Positions 1 to 8,266 of a stretch of 32,418 nt of DNA are shown in pieces. Position 1 is the stretch's first letter; every line of letters starts with the position of its first letter. The stretch spans positions 1 to 32,418 of the forward strand of contig JBHHYO010000024.1 in NCBI GenBank assembly GCA_046757665.1, given 5' to 3'. The DNA is from Nitrospinales bacterium (GTDB lineage Bacteria > Nitrospinota > Nitrospinia > Nitrospinales > JAJDAT01). Both the position numbers and the translations under genes were made by a program. The notes beneath the pieces were generated by a model. That model was not told the DNA's origin and did no database searches. It saw only the letters and a list, made by a program, of their open reading frames with translations.

Positions 1-20
1 CTAGGAATTACCATCGGCCT

Positions 21-1463
21 TTATTGAAAGCCGATGAGGGGCCAGTAGACAAATTGAACGAGCAGATAGCTCAACAGGCCGATCGACGCGAGGATCGACC
101 CCGACCACGCCATTTCCCGCAGGGAAATGAAGCGGGAAGAATAAGCCAGCGCCGAGGCGGGGGTGGCGATCGGCAGGATGAAAGCGAAATTGCTGGGCAG
201 AACCACTGCCATGACCGCGACGGCGGGATTGAGCCCATACGCCTGGCACATCCCCAGCACCGGGGGTAGCAAGATGGCAATGACGGCGGAGTTGCTCATG
301 AATGTGGTGAACAGCAGGGAGAGCGCCGCCACGCAAACCAGGAAAAACTCCGACGATTGGGTTGCGGCGTCGAAAGCCTGCGTGGCCAGCCACAAGGCGG
401 CGCCCGACTCCGCCATGGCCTCGCCCAGGCAAATCGCCCCGCCGTACATCAGGATGATCGCCCAGTTCACGTACTTCTCCACCATCTTCCAGTCGATCAG
501 GTTGAAAACGAACAGCAGGATGATCGAAATGATGGCGATATTGGCGATGCCGATTTCGTCGCCGTAAACGAACCAGAAAAACAGGGTGGTGACCATGACG
601 GCGCCAATGCCTTTTTCCTGAAAAGACGGTCTGCCCATGGCGGCCAGTTTGGCGCGCAAAACCAGGCGCGCCGGTTGGACGTCCTCGGTGTCGGGGGGAA
701 ACAGGCGAATGAGAACTATCCAGCCGCCGACAACCATAAGCAGGACCAGGGGAAACGCCAGCCCGGAGTACTGCGCGATGCCGATGGTTTGCGCTCCCTG
801 TGTGCTTTGTTCCAGGATTTCCACGGCCAGGGGGACCCGCCCGCCGCCAAGCACCGTCGCCGCACCGCCAATGATGCAACCCCACGCCATGCCCAGAAAA
901 AGCGATTTGCCCAAAACCGACCGGCCGCGCGGCAGTTTGAGGGCATCGACGATTTCATGGATGAGGGGAAGCATCATGACCGCCACCGCATGTTCGCTCA
1001 TAAAGCAGGAGCCCGCCGCGCCGAAGAAATAAACGCCCGCCACCAGCTTGCGGGGATGGCTTCCCCACGACTCCAGAAACCACATGGAAAGGCGCGTGCT
1101 CAGGCCGCAACCGATCATCGCCGCCGACAGGATGAAGATCCCCAGAATAAAAAACACCGCCTTGTTGCCGAAAAAAGAATAGGCCTGCGTGGTGCTCATG
1201 ACGCCGAGAAGCGGTATGCCGGCGATCGCCAGCAGGCTGGTGATTGAAAGGGGAATCAGGTTTGTCGCCCACAGGGACACGCAAAGGAAAAACAGGCACA
1301 GCACCTTGTAGCCTTCCGGCGACAAGTCCCGCGGCCCCTCCAGGCTCAAAAGAACGAGGAAGACGGCAAAAATCACCGCCAGCAGAATGCCGCGCCGCAT
1401 CCGGTCGATGATGACGATCCACAAGGGCCGCCGGTCGATGGTTATTTTTTCAGTCGATTCCAT
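21..1463 (-). CDS. SLC13/DASS family divalent anion (dicarboxylate/sulfate):Na+ symporter
   Basis: About 480 aa with many hydrophobic helices. DASS-like motifs FMSEHA and FMSNSA, and C-terminal AFILPIATPASALAYS. ATG at 1463 preferred over the ORF-track TTG at 1499. Confidence 0.85.
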   Translation of the reverse strand: MESTEKITIDRRPLWIVIIDRMRRGILLAVIFAVFLVLLSLEGPRDLSPEGYKVLCLFFLCVSLWATNLIPLSITSLLAIAGIPLLGVMSTTQAYSFFGNKAVFFILGIFILSAAMIGCGLSTRLSMWFLESWGSHPRKLVAGVYFFGAAGSCFMSEHAVAVMMLPLIHEIVDALKLPRGRSVLGKSLFLGMAWGCIIGGAATVLGGGRVPLAVEILEQSTQGAQTIGIAQYSGLAFPLVLLMVVGGWIVLIRLFPPDTEDVQPARLVLRAKLAAMGRPSFQEKGIGAVMVTTLFFWFVYGDEIGIANIAIISIILLFVFNLIDWKMVEKYVNWAIILMYGGAICLGEAMAESGAALWLATQAFDAATQSSEFFLVCVAALSLLFTTFMSNSAVIAILLPPVLGMCQAYGLNPAVAVMAVVLPSNFAFILPIATPASALAYSSRFISLREMAWSGSILASIGLLSYLLVQFVYWPLIGFQ

Positions 1464-1605
1464 GCCAGGTTTGATCGGTTGGATAAAAGTTTTTGCCAAA
1501 CGGAAAGATGATACTACAAGTGGGGGTTAACCGGTTGAGGAAAAAGCCCGCCGCCGGATTGGTTTATCCATCGGGGTTGGGGATGAGAGGGAGACTCTAC
1601 GCCTC

Positions 1606-1812
1606 TTAATCAGGCGTATCTAAACGGGTTGCTTTTAAGACTTGTTTGATTATTTTTGGGTGCAGAATTTTTCCGCCATGAAAAGGGATAACTATTCTTT
1701 TATTTTCCTTAAGGTATATTTTGTGGTTTCCCTTGCTTCTTATCATTTTAAAGCCTGCTTTAAATAACAAATCCTCCACTTGCCGCGCCGCTAACCTCGG
1801 TTGCTTAGGCAA
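1606..1812 (-). CDS. hicA: HicA-family toxin (mRNA interferase)
   Basis: 68 aa, basic. GF..IRSKGNH..Y (a GSH-type motif) and IVIPFHGGKILHP. The TTG start overlaps the hicB stop. Confidence 0.85.
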   Translation of the reverse strand: MPKQPRLAARQVEDLLFKAGFKMIRSKGNHKIYLKENKRIVIPFHGGKILHPKIIKQVLKATRLDTPD

Positions 1813-2029
1813 GCGTTACCTCCAGAGTGGTGGTAAAAATTTCCTTGCTCAAGGATGCTTTTCTTTCCTCTTCCGGCAGAGTTTCCAGGTAAAGCTCAAC
1901 AGCTTCCTTGATATTGGCTACCACTTCCTCCAGGGTATCGCCTTGGGTTTGGCAACCTTCCAGTTCGGGGCAATAGGCATAATACCCCTGCTCGTCTTTT
2001 TCAATTACGATGCCGATTTTATAAGACAT
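1805..2029 (-). CDS. hicB: HicB-family antitoxin, short form without a C-terminal DNA-binding domain
   Basis: 74 aa, acidic. Signature YYAYCPELEGCQTQGDTLEEVVANIKEAVELYLE. GAAGGAG RBS upstream. Confidence 0.9.
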   Translation of the reverse strand: MSYKIGIVIEKDEQGYYAYCPELEGCQTQGDTLEEVVANIKEAVELYLETLPEEERKASLSKEIFTTTLEVTLA

Positions 2030-2057
2030 TCGGATCTCTCCTTCGATAAGGAAAATC

Positions 2058-3533
2058 TCACTTGACCTTCGTCGCCTTGCTCAGGTCAAGTTTCGATACT
2101 TCCCGGGCGGACATGTTCCAGACGGCCAAGCCTGCCTTGGCCTTGCGCTTGAGTTCGCCAAAGCTTTTGACGCGGAGCATTCGATTCATAACGTAGGACG
2201 GACGGGAATAGAAGCTCTTGTAGCATTTCACGATCAGCTCATAAAGTTCCTCGCGGGAAAAATTCTCCTCCCAAACCGGCAGTTCAAATCCCGGCCGGGG
2301 ATTCTCGGAGAACTTCCGCCAAACGTCTTCCTTGATGACGCCCCGTTCCAGCCCGGTTTCGTAAATTTCCGTGGCGGGGTACGGACAAAAGATGGTGAAG
2401 TGACAATAGTCGGCTTTCAGTTCCCGGGCCAGCGCGATCGTGTCCTGAATATCCGAGAGGGTTTCCGTTTGCTGTCCGATAATGAAATAGGCCAGGGCTT
2501 CCATTCCCGCTTGCCGGGTTTGCCGGATGGTTTCCTTGACCCGGCGGACGGTGGTGTTTTTCTTGATGATTTTCAACATGCGGTCGTTGCCGCTCTCGAC
2601 ACCGTAATGGATGCGGTCGCACCCGGCTTTTTTCATGGTGCGGAGCAGTTTGTCGTCCAGGGTGTTCACATGCGCCCGCACGTCCCAGGTCATTTTCAAT
2701 CCACGCGCCATGATTTCATCGCACATCTCATAGACGCGGTCCTTGCGGACGCTGAACGTATCGTCGTAAATGAGGATCTCGGAGATGCCCAGGTTGACGA
2801 TATCCTGCATTTCATCGACGACGTTTTTCGCGCTTCGCCAGCGAAACCCGGAGATGGTGGGCGACATCGGCCGGTCGCAGAACGTGCATTTGTATGGGCA
2901 TCCCCTGCTGGTGAACATGGTGGTGATGTGGTTGCCCCGCGCCAGAAGCGACCCGTAGTGGTTGACGGGCAGGAACCGCCGGTCGGGATAAGGCACTTGA
3001 TCGAGGTCTTCAATCTTCGGGGCGATGCCGTTGTTGCATATTTTCCCGTCCTCCTCGTACACCAGGCCGGAGACTTCGGCAAACGGCCGCCGGCCTTCCA
3101 GCGCTTCCAAAAACTCGAGGATTGCCTTTTCCCCTTCGCCTTGAACCAGGAAATCGACGTTTTTTAATTTGATGGTTTCTTCCGGATAGATATGCACGTG
3201 CGGACCGCCCAGGACAATTTTGCACTGCGGCTGGGTCCGTTTGATCACTTCGGCGGTCAATATGACGTCGATGAGAGTAAACGTCATCGCCGTTATACCC
3301 ACAAGGTCAAACTGGCGCTCAGAAAAATAGGCTTCGAGCTGGTCATAGGTCAACTGGCGGGGCTGGCAATCCAGCGCGCTGACCCGGTGGTTGCCTTGTT
3401 TCTCATCCCTCACCGCAGTCGCCAGGGACAGGACGCCCAGGGGCGGGTTGTAACCCCGGTTGTGTTCGATGACGCTGGGGTTTTTGCCGACCAGCTCATT
3501 AAAACGCGGCGGATTGAGGAACAGAATGTTCAT
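2058..3533 (-). CDS. Cobalamin (B12)-binding radical SAM protein (class B methyltransferase-like)
   Basis: N-terminal B12-binding domain (PPLGVLSLA, VGITAMT, VLGGPH, GEGE). Radical SAM motif SRGCPYKCTFC, plus YDDTF and YGVESG. Confidence 0.9.
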   Translation of the reverse strand: MNILFLNPPRFNELVGKNPSVIEHNRGYNPPLGVLSLATAVRDEKQGNHRVSALDCQPRQLTYDQLEAYFSERQFDLVGITAMTFTLIDVILTAEVIKRTQPQCKIVLGGPHVHIYPEETIKLKNVDFLVQGEGEKAILEFLEALEGRRPFAEVSGLVYEEDGKICNNGIAPKIEDLDQVPYPDRRFLPVNHYGSLLARGNHITTMFTSRGCPYKCTFCDRPMSPTISGFRWRSAKNVVDEMQDIVNLGISEILIYDDTFSVRKDRVYEMCDEIMARGLKMTWDVRAHVNTLDDKLLRTMKKAGCDRIHYGVESGNDRMLKIIKKNTTVRRVKETIRQTRQAGMEALAYFIIGQQTETLSDIQDTIALARELKADYCHFTIFCPYPATEIYETGLERGVIKEDVWRKFSENPRPGFELPVWEENFSREELYELIVKCYKSFYSRPSYVMNRMLRVKSFGELKRKAKAGLAVWNMSAREVSKLDLSKATKVK

Positions 3534-3554
3534 AGGAACCGGACGCCCTTGAGC

Positions 3555-4442
3555 TTATAAATGCGAGGAAAATTTTCGGTTGATCAAGTCCGCCACCAGT
3601 CCGAGGCAGATGACTTGCAGACCCCCCAGGGAGAGAATCCCCACGGTGACATCGGGAATCCTTCCCAGCGTCGTTATGCCCAGAAAAACGACAATCAGCG
3701 CCGCCAGCCACAGAATTAATCCAAGCGGCACGAACACCCGCAAGGGGTCAAAAAAAACCGCGGTCCGCAAAATCAGTTGCAAGAAATTCAGTGTATCACG
3801 GACTGGCCGGATTTTTGAGTGGCCTTTTCTTTTGTGGTAATCAATATCGACATAGCGCACGGCAAACCCATTCACCAGCATTGCCAGGGTAATGGTGGAA
3901 GTAAAGGAAAACCCCTCCGGCAGGATGGGCAAATACTCTTCCACTACCGCTCGCCGCATGACGCGCAACCCCGAATTGAGGTCGGGGATGGAGCGGCGCG
4001 CCACATAATTCGCCAGCTTGCCGATACACCATTTGGGAAACACTCTCAACCAGGGAATGTTGACGTTGCCGCCCCGGCGGGCGCCCACCACCATGTCCAG
4101 GTTTTGCTCTTTCGCTATCTGAAAAAATTCCGGAATTCTGGCGTTGGGATAAGTGCCGTCGGCGTCGGTGATCGCTATAAAATCGTGCCGGGCGTGTTCC
4201 ATGCCCGTTTTCAACGCGGCCCCATAGCCCTTGTTGGTTTCATGATGCAGAACCGAGATGGCGGGATGGTTGATCTGTTCCAGAATACGGCGGGTCGCCG
4301 GGCCGGAGCCGTCGTTGACCAGAATCAGCTCCGCCACCTCGTCCCCCAGGAATCCCTCGATTTCCCGAACGGTTTGCTCCAGGTAGTTCTCTTCGTTATA
4401 AATCGGAACAATGATGGATAATCGCGGGGGAACGTCCGTCAT
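3555..4442 (-). CDS. Family 2 glycosyltransferase (DPM1/GtrB-like) with two C-terminal TM helices
   Basis: SIIVPIYNEE, VNDGS, NKGYGAA, DxD motif TDADG, DLNSGLR, and a hydrophobic C-terminal hairpin. Confidence 0.9.
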   Translation of the reverse strand: MTDVPPRLSIIVPIYNEENYLEQTVREIEGFLGDEVAELILVNDGSGPATRRILEQINHPAISVLHHETNKGYGAALKTGMEHARHDFIAITDADGTYPNARIPEFFQIAKEQNLDMVVGARRGGNVNIPWLRVFPKWCIGKLANYVARRSIPDLNSGLRVMRRAVVEEYLPILPEGFSFTSTITLAMLVNGFAVRYVDIDYHKRKGHSKIRPVRDTLNFLQLILRTAVFFDPLRVFVPLGLILWLAALIVVFLGITTLGRIPDVTVGILSLGGLQVICLGLVADLINRKFSSHL

Positions 4443-4469
4443 AATTTTCGTGGAGAGGGAAGGGGAAAT

Positions 4470-5447
4470 TTAATTTTTATCCACCTGGTCGATGGTCCAA
4501 AGGTCGCAGGAGCCGCAGGTTTTACGATAGTTTTCCCTGAAGTCGTTGAATTGTTCGCTTTGCCAGATGGTGTCCAGGTCTTCATCCAGCACGTTGCCCA
4601 TTTTGGAATCGGGCAGGAGACAGCAGGGAGTCACATTGCCCTCGCGGCTGACATAAGCGGAGTTGAAGGTTTTCAGGCAGTAGCCGCCCGAGCGGTGCAG
4701 TTTCTTGCGCAGGAGGCGGTAGACAAACCGCGTCACCCCGGAGGAGACGGCGTATTGCAACCAGTCGAGCTGGATACCGAGCGACTGGGCGAGCCGGTCG
4801 GCGCGCTCGAAAATCCGCGCTTCCTCGGCTTCGTCGGGGCGCTTCAGGTCGGGCGCGTATTTCCGGTCGAGGCGGCCTACGTTGACGACCTGGCAACCGA
4901 CTTTCGCCCCGTAGCGGATGACGTCATGCAAGTCCTCTTCGCACCCGGCATGTAGCGTGGCTTGCAGGCGAAGCGCCAACGAACCGTTTTTCCGCCGCCG
5001 CGCCACGCTTTCGATGTTTTCAAACACCTTGGAACTGATGTGTCCCTCGGTAACGCTTCCCTTGGTGCTGTCGATGGAAAAGGTGAGTTGGTCCAGGCCG
5101 GAGGCAACAATTTTTTCGGGAACGTCGGCGCGGGTAAACAATCCGTTGGAGGTGATCATGACCCGATGCCCCTTCTCCTTGCAATAGGCGATCATGTCGA
5201 ATATTCTCGGATGCAGGAACGGTTCGCCCCAGCCGGTCAGGGTGATTTCCTCGTGGTCCCGCAGTTTATCCACCACCGCGACAAACTTGTCCCATTCCAT
5301 ATGTTCCAACTCGATGTTAAGGTCTTCCCGGGGACACATATGGCAGTCCAGGTTGCATCGGTTGGTCACTTCAATCTGCACAAAACGAGGTTTGGCGGGC
5401 AGTTTGTAGCGAATGCGATTAATGGTTTCGGTGACTAAACCAAACAT
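4470..5447 (-). CDS. Radical SAM protein with C-terminal SPASM/twitch domain
   Basis: EVTNRCNLDCHMC (CxxxCxxC), GWGEPFLHP, and auxiliary-cluster cysteines in CLKTF...GNVTPCC...MGNV...CGSC. Confidence 0.9.
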   Translation of the reverse strand: MFGLVTETINRIRYKLPAKPRFVQIEVTNRCNLDCHMCPREDLNIELEHMEWDKFVAVVDKLRDHEEITLTGWGEPFLHPRIFDMIAYCKEKGHRVMITSNGLFTRADVPEKIVASGLDQLTFSIDSTKGSVTEGHISSKVFENIESVARRRKNGSLALRLQATLHAGCEEDLHDVIRYGAKVGCQVVNVGRLDRKYAPDLKRPDEAEEARIFERADRLAQSLGIQLDWLQYAVSSGVTRFVYRLLRKKLHRSGGYCLKTFNSAYVSREGNVTPCCLLPDSKMGNVLDEDLDTIWQSEQFNDFRENYRKTCGSCDLWTIDQVDKN

Positions 5448-5548
5448 AACGTATTGATTCCGGTTGTTAAAACTCTTAGAATTCCAGGTTCCGGTTCGGG
5501 GGAAATATCCGGGAACCGTCTCAATAATAACCCTCCGGGCGCATAAAT

Positions 5549-5577
5549 AGTATAAAATTTTAATTGTTCCGCGTAAA
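5549..5577 (-). promoter_or_regulatory. Putative sigma70 promoter for the radical SAM operon
   Basis: Minus strand reads TTTACG (5577-5572), a 17-nt spacer, then TATACT (5554-5549), about 100 nt upstream of the 5447 ATG. Confidence 0.55.
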
Positions 5578-5672
5578 ATTATCTTGACGCATTAAACCTC
5601 ATTTTCGCAAAAACCGCCGGCGGCGGAAGGAGCGATCTTCGTTCTGCATGACGCCGGCCAAGGAGCGTATTC

Positions 5673-6968
5673 ATGGGAATGACCATAACGGAAAAAATTC
5701 TCGCCGCCCACGCCGGAAAAAAGTCGACGCGGCCCGGCGACAACATCTGGGTGGACGTGGATATCCTGATGACCCACGACGTCTGCGGACCGGGCGCCAT
5801 CAACATCTTCAAGGAACAGTTCGGCAAAAACGCCAGAGTCTGGGACCCCGATAAGGTGGTCATCATTCCCGACCATTATATTTTCACCTCCGACCCCCAC
5901 GCCAACAGAAACATCGGCATCCTGCGGGAGTTCGCCAGGGAGCAGAACCTGCCGCATTATTTTGACGTGGGGACGGAAAACTATAAAGGCGTCTGCCACC
6001 TGGCGCTGGCGCAGGAAGGTTACAACCGGCCCGGCGACGTGTTGTTCGGCACCGATTCGCATACGCCCACTTCCGGGGCCTTCGGCCTGTTCTCCACGGG
6101 AATCGGCAATACCGACGCCGCGTTTATCCTGGGCACCGGCAAACTGTGGGTCCGGGTGCCCGAAACCATGTATTTCGAGTTCAACGGCGCATTTCCGCCT
6201 TACATCATGGCCAAGGACATCATTCTGCAAGTCATCGGCGACATCGGCGTGGACGGCGCCACGTATCGCGCCATGGAGTGGGCCGGGAGCGCCATCACCG
6301 CGTTTTCCATGGAAGAGCGCATGACCCTGTGCAACATGGCCATCGAGGCCGGAGGCAAAAACGGCGTCATCGCGGCGGACGACGTGACGCTCGAATACAA
6401 CAAAAGCAGGACCACGAAAACAGGCGCCATGCACCGCTCCGATGCCGACGCCAAATACGTTTATCGGCAAACCTACGATGCCGAAAAAATGGAACCCGTT
6501 GTCGCCAAACCCCATTCCCCGGACAACAAGGCCCTGGCGAAAGAGTGCGAGGACGTTCAACTGGACCGGTGTTACATCGGTTCCTGTACCGGCGGCAAAC
6601 TCACCGACTTTATCGCCGCCGCCAAACTGTTCAAGGGAAGAACCGCGAAGATCGACACCTTTATCGTTCCCGCCACCCGCCAGGTCGAGGAGGACTTGAA
6701 CCGGGAAAAGCTGAACGGCGAAACCCTGATGGAAATATTCAAAAACGCCGGGGCGCGCATCGGCGAACCGTCGTGCGCCGCCTGTTTGGGCGGCCCCAAG
6801 GACACCTTTGGGCGCACCCAGGGCAGTGAGGTCGTCATCTCCACCACGAACCGCAACTTCCCCGGCAGAATGGGCTCCAAGCAGGCCCAGGTTTACCTGG
6901 CCTCGCCCTACACCGCCGCCGCCTCCGCCCTCACCGGCCGCATCACCGACCCCCGGGAGTTTTTGTGA
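5673..6968 (+). CDS. leuC: 3-isopropylmalate dehydratase large subunit (aconitase family)
   Basis: MTITEKIL, PDHY, GVCH, GTDSHT, IGSCTGG, PSCAACLGG and STTNRNFPGRMG. AAGGAG RBS. Paired with leuD downstream. Confidence 0.9.
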   Translation: MGMTITEKILAAHAGKKSTRPGDNIWVDVDILMTHDVCGPGAINIFKEQFGKNARVWDPDKVVIIPDHYIFTSDPHANRNIGILREFAREQNLPHYFDVGTENYKGVCHLALAQEGYNRPGDVLFGTDSHTPTSGAFGLFSTGIGNTDAAFILGTGKLWVRVPETMYFEFNGAFPPYIMAKDIILQVIGDIGVDGATYRAMEWAGSAITAFSMEERMTLCNMAIEAGGKNGVIAADDVTLEYNKSRTTKTGAMHRSDADAKYVYRQTYDAEKMEPVVAKPHSPDNKALAKECEDVQLDRCYIGSCTGGKLTDFIAAAKLFKGRTAKIDTFIVPATRQVEEDLNREKLNGETLMEIFKNAGARIGEPSCAACLGGPKDTFGRTQGSEVVISTTNRNFPGRMGSKQAQVYLASPYTAAASALTGRITDPREFL

Positions 6969-7107
6969 TGAATCGTATACCTTGGAGATGGGTGTTGTTA
7001 CTTTTTTGATAGCAAAGGCGGGAAAGGTGAAAAATACAAGCCGCGGCTGTTTTCAGATATCGGGGGATACTTTTATCTTCTTGAAACCTATCGAACTTTA
7101 AAAAAAA

Positions 7108-7307
7108 CTAAACATTCTCAAAGTTAAATACGCTTAGTTGCTCGGGGGAAATTCTGGCGCTCAGATTGGGCATTTCGAATCCAACAACCTTGCCCTCCGC
7201 GTTAAAGTCCAGGATGATGCCGGGTTGGGATTCCTCCGATTCGACTATGGTGGATTCATCCAACCGAAAATAAAGCGCGTCGTTTTTTTGTCTACTTTTA
7301 GCCTCAC
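7108..7307 (-). pseudogene. DUF2283-family gene (putative antitoxin) with a 1-nt frameshift
   Basis: GTG at 7307 overlaps the upstream TGA (GTGA), with GGAGG at 7320-7316. It reads MRLKVDKK and then, in the -1 frame, NDALYFRLDESTIVESEESQPGIILDFNAEGKVVGFEMPNLSARISPEQLSVFNFENV* (TAG at 7110-7108). The span is 200 nt, one short of 201, and the break is at an A7 run (+ strand T7, 7283-7289). Confidence 0.8.
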
Positions 7308-7546
7308 TTTAGAGTCCTCCTTCGGTCAAAGAAAACCGTTACTATTTTTTGCGGTGACTGATGAGGATTGATGACCGCATGGAGAATACGTCCGCCATGC
7401 TCAGCAACAGCCTTAAAGCGATAAATGTTGCTGTCCGCGCCTGTTTCCTCATGATCGGGATTATTGATAGTTTGCCACAGCCATTTTTCGGAGATATTTC
7501 GCTCGATCATCATCTCCCTGGTATGCCGGGGCAATTCAATATCCAT
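7304..7546 (-). CDS. DUF4258-family protein (RelE/BrnT-like putative toxin)
   Basis: 80 aa. HTREMMIERNI...TINNPD...GRILHAVIN...KIVTVFFDRR matches the DUF4258 pattern. Translationally coupled to a DUF2283 gene. Confidence 0.75.
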   Translation of the reverse strand: MDIELPRHTREMMIERNISEKWLWQTINNPDHEETGADSNIYRFKAVAEHGGRILHAVINPHQSPQKIVTVFFDRRRTLK

Positions 7547-7551
7547 AAATT

Positions 7552-7580
7552 ATTCTAACTTACTGTAAAGACAATATCAC
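7552..7580 (-). promoter_or_regulatory. Putative promoter for a leaderless DUF4258 transcript
   Basis: GTGATA, a 17-nt spacer, then TAGAAT (7557-7552), only 5 nt before the ATG at 7546. No Shine-Dalgarno sequence. Confidence 0.4.
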
Positions 7581-7660
7581 GAAATTTTGATTTTTGGAGT
7601 AAAATGGCTAGGCTATTGAGCCGCTATTTTAACCTTCATAAACACCGACTGATATAAATC

Positions 7661-8224
7661 ATGAAACCCATCATCTGCGGCCTGGCCTATGTGCTGGGCA
7701 ACGACATCGACACCGACCAGATCATCCCCGCCGAACACCTGGTGTACAGTTTGAGCGACCCGGAAGAAAGCAAGAACTACGGCAGGTTCGCTTTGTCCGG
7801 CGTTCCCGGCGACCAGTCGGGTCTTCCCGCCGGCAACGGGGTTTTCGTGCCGGAGGGCGAATACCGGTCGCCGTATTCCATTATCGTCGGCGGCAAGAAC
7901 TTCGGTTGCGGCTCGTCACGCGAACACGCCCCGGCCTGCTTGAAAATCGCCGGCATCCAGGCCGTGATCGCCGAATCCTTTGCAAGAATTTTTTATCGAA
8001 ACTCCATCGACGGCGGGTTTTTCATCCCCCTGGAAACACCCATTTCCCTGTACAAGGAAATCAAGACGGGCGACTCGCTGACGATCGACACAAAAAACGG
8101 TTTCCTCGCCAATCAATCGCAAAATAAAAAGTACGAACTCAAACCATTAGGTGATATTATTGAGATTCTTGAGGCAGGAAATATTTTCGAGTACGCCAGA
8201 AAATCCGGGTTGATACAACCCTGA
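7661..8224 (+). CDS. leuD: 3-isopropylmalate dehydratase small subunit
   Basis: [24 protein letters not shown] and [13 protein letters not shown]. Confidence 0.9.
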   Translation: MKPIICGLAYVLGNDIDTDQIIPAEHLVYSLSDPEESKNYGRFALSGVPGDQSGLPAGNGVFVPEGEYRSPYSIIVGGKNFGCGSSREHAPACLKIAGIQAVIAESFARIFYRNSIDGGFFIPLETPISLYKEIKTGDSLTIDTKNGFLANQSQNKKYELKPLGDIIEILEAGNIFEYARKSGLIQP

Positions 8225-8266
8225 ACCATACGAAACTCCCTAGGAGTTTCTCGATCGACTTATGGC

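Noticed and set aside
7281..7292. Programmed -1 ribosomal frameshift in the DUF2283 gene
   Set aside because: The zero-frame codons GAC AAA AAA ACG do not form a properly phased X XXY YYZ heptamer, and A7 is short for transcriptional slippage. It is kept only as a minor alternative.
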